Shown here: positions 59,106 through 64,000 of the stretch, piece by piece
How positions within the stretch are numbered: position 1 is the stretch's first letter
How the letters are laid out: each line of letters opens with the position of its first letter
NCBI GenBank assembly: GCA_963801105.1
Contig: CAWDDH010000003.1
Location: forward strand, 2,992,235-3,056,234
Reading direction: 5' to 3'
From: an uncultured Acidimicrobiia bacterium
Lineage (GTDB): Bacteria > Actinomycetota > Acidimicrobiia > IMCC26256 > JAENVU01
DNA length: 64,000 bases
The notes under the pieces: generated by a model
The model's database searches: none
What the model saw: the letters and a program-made list of their open reading frames with translations, nothing else
What the model was told of the DNA's origin: nothing
Program-made: the position numbers and the translations under genes

Positions 59106-60730
59106 TCCCGCCCCTGGCCCGTCGGGCCACCCCGCTCGGGCCCCGCTCGGCGGTCGCGGTCTCGGAGGCCGCCGCCGGACGCCTCGCTCCGGTCCGCGAT
59201 CAGCTCGGTGTGCAGATGGTGCTCGTCGTCGTCCGACGTCAGGCACCGGCCGGTCGCGAGCTCGAACCGCCAGTGGTGCACCTTGCACTCGAGCACGCCG
59301 TGGTCGACGGTGCCGAACCGCTCCAGGTCGGCGCGCAGGTGCGGGCAACGCTTCTGCACCATGTATTCGCCGCAGCGGAACGACTCGTCGACCGGCTCGG
59401 CGAGGGTCGCGTAGTAGCCCTCGCAGAAGGCCATGCGCTCCACCGACAGGCACTTGAAGAACGTGTAGACGTACTCGTTGTACTGCCCCTCGCGGTGCGC
59501 GCGGAACCGGCAGGAGAGGAACAGGTCGTTCACCCAGTCCTCCACGTGTCGCTCGATCAGCGATTCGACGAGCGCGCGGTCCACGTCGATGCGGTGCATC
59601 ACCGGCTCGCCGCGCCACTCCGTGACGCGCCCGGCGGGAAAGTCGATCAGCACGCCGACGTCGCCGACGTGGACGAGCACGTTCCCGTTGACGCCGCGCC
59701 GGGTGTAGGGCGCGATGTCGAGTAGCGGCTCGATCCACGCCGCGAGCTCGGCCACGACGTCGTAGCGCCCGCGGGGCCAGGACGCCTTCTCCCGCGCCAG
59801 CCAGTCGGACCAATCGGCGCGGTAGCGCTCCAGGTACGCGCGCTTGTCGGAGAAGATCGCGTCGGGCGCGGCGTCACCCTCCGGCTGCTCGACCGCACAC
59901 TGGTCGGCGACGAGGGTGACGACGGACCCGGGGACCAGGAGATGGCCGCCGCCGATCCCACGACGCGTGAGCTCGGCGAGGAACGTGGGCTGGTCGGGGA
60001 AGATGTTGGCCGGGTCCCGGTCGAGGTCGTTGAAGCCGAAGAGGTCGTCGTCGAGGAAGCACGGTGGGCCGGCCACCGGGAAGATCGCCGGTGCGTGGAC
60101 GTCCTCCAGGTAGTGGATCGCCCGCTCCATCTGGTCGGTCCGCTTGCGGATCCCGGCCGCCCGCTGCTCGTCCTCGGGGAAGTCGTAGACCATCGGGTAC
60201 CAGATCGCGCCGGAGAACTGCGTGAAGTGGGCGTCGAACGGTCCCAGCGCATCGAGCTCGGCGAGGTCACGCGGCCGGGCGTCGTTCTGGTTCAGCAGCG
60301 CCGCGGTCGCGTCGCGCACGACGAGCGCCGAATCGCCCGCGGGGCCGTCGGCGGGTGCGGTCATGGCGAGGATCGCGATCTCCAACCCGCCGCCGAGCCG
60401 GACCGGCTCCGCGTGGTCGGTCCGGACGAACCGCTCGAAGCCGAGCTCGCGGAGTGACCGCTCGAGATGCGCCACGCGGAACGCGGGCAGGAGCACCGTC
60501 GCCCGCTTGTCCACGTGCCGGCGGAGCCACTCCGGATCGAAGTGGTCGTGGTGCAGGTGCGAGACGTAGAGGTAGTCCGGCGAGGTGAACGGGGTGACAT
60601 CAAGGGTGTCGTTGCGGGGAAAGGGGAACCACGAGCCGAAGTACGCCGGGGTGAACCAGGGGTCACAGAGGATCGAACCGCCGTCGGTCTCGACGTACAT
60701 CCCCACGTGGCCGAGGAAGGTCACCCGCAT
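59102..60730 (-). CDS. MBL-fold metallo-hydrolase fused to a central unknown domain and a C-terminal Rieske [2Fe-2S] domain
   Basis: The start is MRVTFLGHVG (ATG 60730); the rest of track ORF 59102..62323 is antisense to the ligase gene. It has the MBL motif YVSHLHHDHFD and a C-terminal Rieske pattern (RCPHLRADL...LECKVHHWRF). Confidence 0.7.
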   Translation of the reverse strand: MRVTFLGHVGMYVETDGGSILCDPWFTPAYFGSWFPFPRNDTLDVTPFTSPDYLYVSHLHHDHFDPEWLRRHVDKRATVLLPAFRVAHLERSLRELGFERFVRTDHAEPVRLGGGLEIAILAMTAPADGPAGDSALVVRDATAALLNQNDARPRDLAELDALGPFDAHFTQFSGAIWYPMVYDFPEDEQRAAGIRKRTDQMERAIHYLEDVHAPAIFPVAGPPCFLDDDLFGFNDLDRDPANIFPDQPTFLAELTRRGIGGGHLLVPGSVVTLVADQCAVEQPEGDAAPDAIFSDKRAYLERYRADWSDWLAREKASWPRGRYDVVAELAAWIEPLLDIAPYTRRGVNGNVLVHVGDVGVLIDFPAGRVTEWRGEPVMHRIDVDRALVESLIERHVEDWVNDLFLSCRFRAHREGQYNEYVYTFFKCLSVERMAFCEGYYATLAEPVDESFRCGEYMVQKRCPHLRADLERFGTVDHGVLECKVHHWRFELATGRCLTSDDDEHHLHTELIADRSEASGGGLRDRDRRAGPERGGPTGQGRE

Positions 60731-60817
60731 CACCCCAGACTGCCAGACCCCACCCGACCCGCCGGGACTCGCGCCCGGGTAGCTTGCGCAGCGCGCATCG
60801 GCGAACGAGGGGGAACG

Positions 60818-62341
60818 ATGCCCGAGTGGGGGGACCTGCAGGTCGACCAGCTGCGGTTCATGGCCGCGACGTTCCCGGATGCGGTCGCGTACCGCGATCT
60901 CGACGCAGGCACCAGCATCACGTTCCGCGAATGGGACCGCACGTCCAACCGGCTCGCCCGCGCGCTCGTGGCGGCCGGGACCGCACCCGGCGACCGCGTC
61001 TCGATCCATCTCCCGAGCGACGAGGCGCTGCGCTGGATCGTCGCCTACGCGGCGGTCCACAAGGCCGGGGCCGTGGTCGTGCCGACCAACACGCGCCTGA
61101 CCACTCCCGAGGTGGTGACGATCCTCGGCCACGCCGAGGCGTCCACGATCCTCACCTGCGGATCTCTGCTCGACCAGGCGCTCGCCGCGCGTGAGGCGGT
61201 CCCGTCGATCGGCATGGTCGTGACCGCCGGCGGCGGATCGGACCCCGGCGTGCACGACTACGACGCGTTCCTCGCCGACGACGACTCGGACGTCCAGGTC
61301 CCGCGCACCGTCGACGACCTCGCCGACATCATGTACACGTCGGGGACCACGGGCCTCCCGAAGGGCGTGGCGGTCCGGCACCGGAACGTCGCGATGATCC
61401 CGAACCACGAGCCCGACTGGACCGGCGCCGGTTGGATCCACGGCGCGCCGATGTTCACCTTCGCGGGCATCGCTTTCATCTACAACCCGATGAAGATGGG
61501 GTTGGTCGGCCTCTACCTGCCGAAGTTCGACGCCGGCCGCTGGCTCGACCTCGTCGCGACCGAGCGGCCGCGCATGGCGTTCCTCGTCCCCGCGATGGCC
61601 GAGCTCCTCGTCGCGCATCCGCGCTTCTCCGACCCCGATCTCACCAGCCTGCGGGCCGTGTCGATCGGGAGCGCGCCGCTCGCACCCCAGACCCTGCTCA
61701 CGCTCCAGGAGCGTCTCCCCGACGCCACCGTCTCCAACTCCTACGGCATGACCGAGGCAGGACCCGCCTACATCGTGATGCCCAAGGACGAGGTCACCAA
61801 GCGCATCGGTTCGGTCGGCAAGCCCGTCGGCCCCATGCAGCTCAAGGTCGTGCGCGACGACGGCAGCGAGTGCGACGCGCGCGAGGTCGGCGAGCTCCTG
61901 ACCCGCATGGAGGGGGCGCAACGCGAGTACTACAAGGACCCGGGCGCGACGAGCAGCACCTGGACCGCCGACGGGTGGCTCCGCAGCGGCGATCTCGCCT
62001 ACCTCGACGAGGACGGGTTCCTGTACATCTCGGGGCGCAAGAAGGACATGATCATCCGCGGCGGGCACAACGTGTACCCGACCGACATCGAGGCGGTGCT
62101 GCTCGAGCACCCCGACGTCCGCGAGGCCGCGGTCGTGGGCATCCCCCACCCGGTGCTCGGCGAGGACATCGCCGCGCACGTGGTGCTCCGCACCGGTGCC
62201 GTCGCCGATCCCGAGGCGCTTCTCACCTTCTGCGCCGAGCGGCTCGCCGACTACAAGTGCCCCCGGCAGCTCCACTTCACCGACGATCTCCCCCGCAACG
62301 CCACCGGGAAGGTGATGAAGCACAAGCTCGTCGACGCCTGA
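60818..62341 (+). CDS. AMP-dependent acyl-CoA synthetase/ligase (FadD-like)
   Basis: ATG 60818 follows a GAGGGGGA SD. It has the AMP motif IMYTSGTTGLPKGV, YGMTEAG, GWLRSGDLAYLDEDGFLYISGRKKDMI, and a terminal PRNATGKVMK. Confidence 0.9.
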   Translation: MPEWGDLQVDQLRFMAATFPDAVAYRDLDAGTSITFREWDRTSNRLARALVAAGTAPGDRVSIHLPSDEALRWIVAYAAVHKAGAVVVPTNTRLTTPEVVTILGHAEASTILTCGSLLDQALAAREAVPSIGMVVTAGGGSDPGVHDYDAFLADDDSDVQVPRTVDDLADIMYTSGTTGLPKGVAVRHRNVAMIPNHEPDWTGAGWIHGAPMFTFAGIAFIYNPMKMGLVGLYLPKFDAGRWLDLVATERPRMAFLVPAMAELLVAHPRFSDPDLTSLRAVSIGSAPLAPQTLLTLQERLPDATVSNSYGMTEAGPAYIVMPKDEVTKRIGSVGKPVGPMQLKVVRDDGSECDAREVGELLTRMEGAQREYYKDPGATSSTWTADGWLRSGDLAYLDEDGFLYISGRKKDMIIRGGHNVYPTDIEAVLLEHPDVREAAVVGIPHPVLGEDIAAHVVLRTGAVADPEALLTFCAERLADYKCPRQLHFTDDLPRNATGKVMKHKLVDA

Positions 62342-62406
62342 GCGCCGTCCACGACCGCGCTAGCTTCCCCGGCCGGACCCGACGTCGACGTCACCGGGAG
62401 CGGACC

Positions 62407-62853
62407 GTGGCACTCACCGAGCTGAAGGGCACCAAGGGCGACCCGCAGGTCGTGCGCATCGAGCGGGGACCCGTGCGCGTGTTCGCCCAGGCGCTGATGG
62501 ATGCGGACGCGGTCTACGACGGCGCGGACGCGCCGGTCCCGCCGACGTTCCCGTTCGTGATGCCGTTCTGGGGCTCCGAAGGTGCGGGAGGCGCCGCAGG
62601 ACTCCCCATCGAGAGGCTGCGTGGACCCGGACGGGCGATCCTCCACGGCGAGCAGGGCTTCGAGTACTACCGCTGGCCCAAGGTGGGTGACGTGCTCGTC
62701 GGCACGTCCGAGATCGTCGACGTGTACGAGAAGGAGAAGTCACGCGGCGGGAAGCTGGAGTTCTACGTCCAGGAGACCACCTGGCGGGACCAGGCCACCG
62801 ACGAGCCTGTGGTGAAGAACATCTTCACGTTGGTGATCAACTGCAAGGCCTGA
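62407..62853 (+). CDS. MaoC-family dehydratase, N-terminal-type hot-dog subunit (HadA/FAS1-like)
   Basis: GTG 62407 is in frame within track ORF 61432..62853. It contains PPTFPFVM..., ILHGEQGFEYYRWPKVGDVL and KLEFYVQETTW. Confidence 0.65.
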   Translation: MALTELKGTKGDPQVVRIERGPVRVFAQALMDADAVYDGADAPVPPTFPFVMPFWGSEGAGGAAGLPIERLRGPGRAILHGEQGFEYYRWPKVGDVLVGTSEIVDVYEKEKSRGGKLEFYVQETTWRDQATDEPVVKNIFTLVINCKA

Positions 62854-62858
62854 CGGTC

Positions 62859-62877
62859 GCTCGGGCAGCGCCCGAGC
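62859..62877 (+). terminator. GC-rich hairpin (8-bp stem GCTCGGGC/GCCCGAGC, 3-nt loop) 6 nt after the stop; possible intrinsic terminator without a U-tract
   Basis: Read directly. It lies in the convergent gap 62854..62963. A second small hairpin (GGCGGG-TAT-CCCGCC) follows. Confidence 0.4.
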
Positions 62878-62963
62878 CGGTAGCGAAGCGGACGGCGAGC
62901 AGCGGCGCAGCGTGAGCGAGGCGGGTATCCCGCCGAGGAGCGGAGCCGCAGACAGGACGTTCT

Positions 62964-63854
62964 TCACCAGCCGATGTCGGCGAGGAACGTGGCGACGAGA
63001 CCCACCGTCGTCTCGGGGTTGTCGCCCGCGGCGTGGTGGCCGGCGGCCGCGATGGTCGCCAGTCGCGCGTCCGGGATGAGCGCGGCGATCTCCTCGGCGC
63101 CCTCGGAGGACAGGACGTCCGAGGCCGCACCGCGCAGCACCAGCACGGGACAGGTGAACCCGCGGATGTCCTCGTCGAGGCCGGCGACCAGCTCCCGCCA
63201 CCCGCCACCCTCGCCGATCTCGACGCCCGACCGCAGCCGCTTCGTGTACCCGTGCTTCCACTCCCAGCGGCCGTCGGGCCGCCGCCGCAGGTTGCGGGTC
63301 AGACGCTCGGGCCGCACGGCCCGCCGCCGGGGCAGGTACTCCGCCACCGCCGCCGCGGCCTCGTCGAGGTCCGCGAACGACTCGTGGGCGCGCATGAACT
63401 CCACGATCCGCTCCACCCCGGCGTCCTCGAGTCGGTGGGCGATGTCCACCAGGACGATTCCCGCGACGAGCTCGGGCCGCGCGGCGGTCAGCGTCATCGA
63501 GACGAGGCCACCGAGCGACGCGCCGACCAGCACCGCCCGCTCGATGCCGAACGCCTCGAACAGCGGCGGCAGGGTCGCGGCGAGCGCCTGGCGGGACATG
63601 TCCTCGATCGGGTCGCTGTCGCCGTGCCACGGCAGATCCGGTGCGAGGACGTGGTGGCCGACGCCGAGCGCGGCGCCGAGCTCCTCCCACATGTACGCGG
63701 TCTGTCCGCCGCCGTGCAGGCACAGAACCGCCGGCGCGCCCGACGGTCCCCACTCGAGATAGTGCACCTGCCGGTCGTCGACGAGCGTGAAGCCGCTGCG
63801 TCCGGCGGTGGGGATGTCGTGACGGGGGACGTTGGACTCGACCTCGGCGACCAT
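62964..63854 (-). CDS. alpha/beta-fold hydrolase
   Basis: Track ORF 62964..63854. It has LCLHGGGQT (oxyanion region), the nucleophile elbow GASLGG, and a late GHHAAGDNPE (catalytic His). Confidence 0.8.
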   Translation of the reverse strand: MVAEVESNVPRHDIPTAGRSGFTLVDDRQVHYLEWGPSGAPAVLCLHGGGQTAYMWEELGAALGVGHHVLAPDLPWHGDSDPIEDMSRQALAATLPPLFEAFGIERAVLVGASLGGLVSMTLTAARPELVAGIVLVDIAHRLEDAGVERIVEFMRAHESFADLDEAAAAVAEYLPRRRAVRPERLTRNLRRRPDGRWEWKHGYTKRLRSGVEIGEGGGWRELVAGLDEDIRGFTCPVLVLRGAASDVLSSEGAEEIAALIPDARLATIAAAGHHAAGDNPETTVGLVATFLADIGW

Positions 63855-64000
63855 CGCCGCATCCTGACACGACCGTCATCGGCGTGGCATCGTGGCCCTG
63901 TGCCGGACTCCGACGCCCCCGTCGTGCGTACCGGCGACCCGGCCCTCCCGTACCGCCGGCGCATCCGCCTGCTCCGCCGCGACCCGCACACGGTTTGGGG

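Noticed and set aside
60731-62323. The N-terminal 530 aa of track ORF 59102..62323 (-), which would make a 1073-aa protein.
   Set aside because: This part is antisense to a textbook FadD-like ligase (60818..62341) and has no recognisable motifs. The MBL domain begins cleanly at ATG 60730.
63900-64000. Possible start of a + strand gene at GTG 63900 (VPDSDAPVVRTGDPALPYRRRIRLLRRDPHTVW...) running off the window.
   Set aside because: Third-position GC looks coding-like. However, only about 33 codons are visible, there is no motif, and the ORF is not in the track. This is insufficient to call.

Overview
This is a very GC-rich, densely coding chromosomal segment with actinobacterial features: GC-skewed third codon positions, GTG/TTG starts, and many 1- or 4-nt start/stop overlaps. 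I found no rRNA, tRNA, CRISPR array, transposase or integrase. All family calls come from motifs I recognise by eye, because no search could be run.

Layout:
(1) 1-20.6 kb is a cell-envelope glycan cluster. It holds seven polytopic GT-C-like membrane proteins, including two convergent AftD-like giants (one interrupted), plus a translationally coupled module of GT-C, UDP-galactopyranose-mutase-like flavoenzyme and polyprenyl-phosphate GT2.
(2) 20.7-24.5 kb holds an F420/LLM-VOC-ADH operon and a BNR-repeat lipoprotein.
(3) 24.5-26.4 kb holds three class I methyltransferase paralogs, two of them decayed.
(4) 26.5-29.3 kb is a small stress islet: ECF41/SigJ-like sigma with a matching promoter motif, DUF1059, YdeI, LapA-like and CsbD.
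(5) 29.3-32.5 kb is an accessory islet: an SRPBCC gene with atypical composition, a DUF222/HNH gene, and an XRE plus mini-nucleotidyltransferase pair.
(6) typA, then a long lipid/sterol-side-chain-like catabolic region at 34-63 kb. It contains split and fused ACADs, DUF35/Ltp-like thiolase, MaoC, P450, ferredoxin, FadD, thiolase, amidohydrolases and an MBL-Rieske fusion with a PHP partner. A second DUF222/HNH gene here carries a LexA box.

Main observations:
- A recurrent inverted repeat CTGAC-N5/6-GTCAG sits at gene boundaries of the catabolic region.
- At least 12 local frameshifts are present, and 11 of them look like single extra bases.
- There is a possible lipid-linked furanose donor module.
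- There is a novel-looking MBL-Rieske/PHP operon.

Most of the long ORFs in the supplied track are alternate-frame or antisense artefacts of the high GC content.
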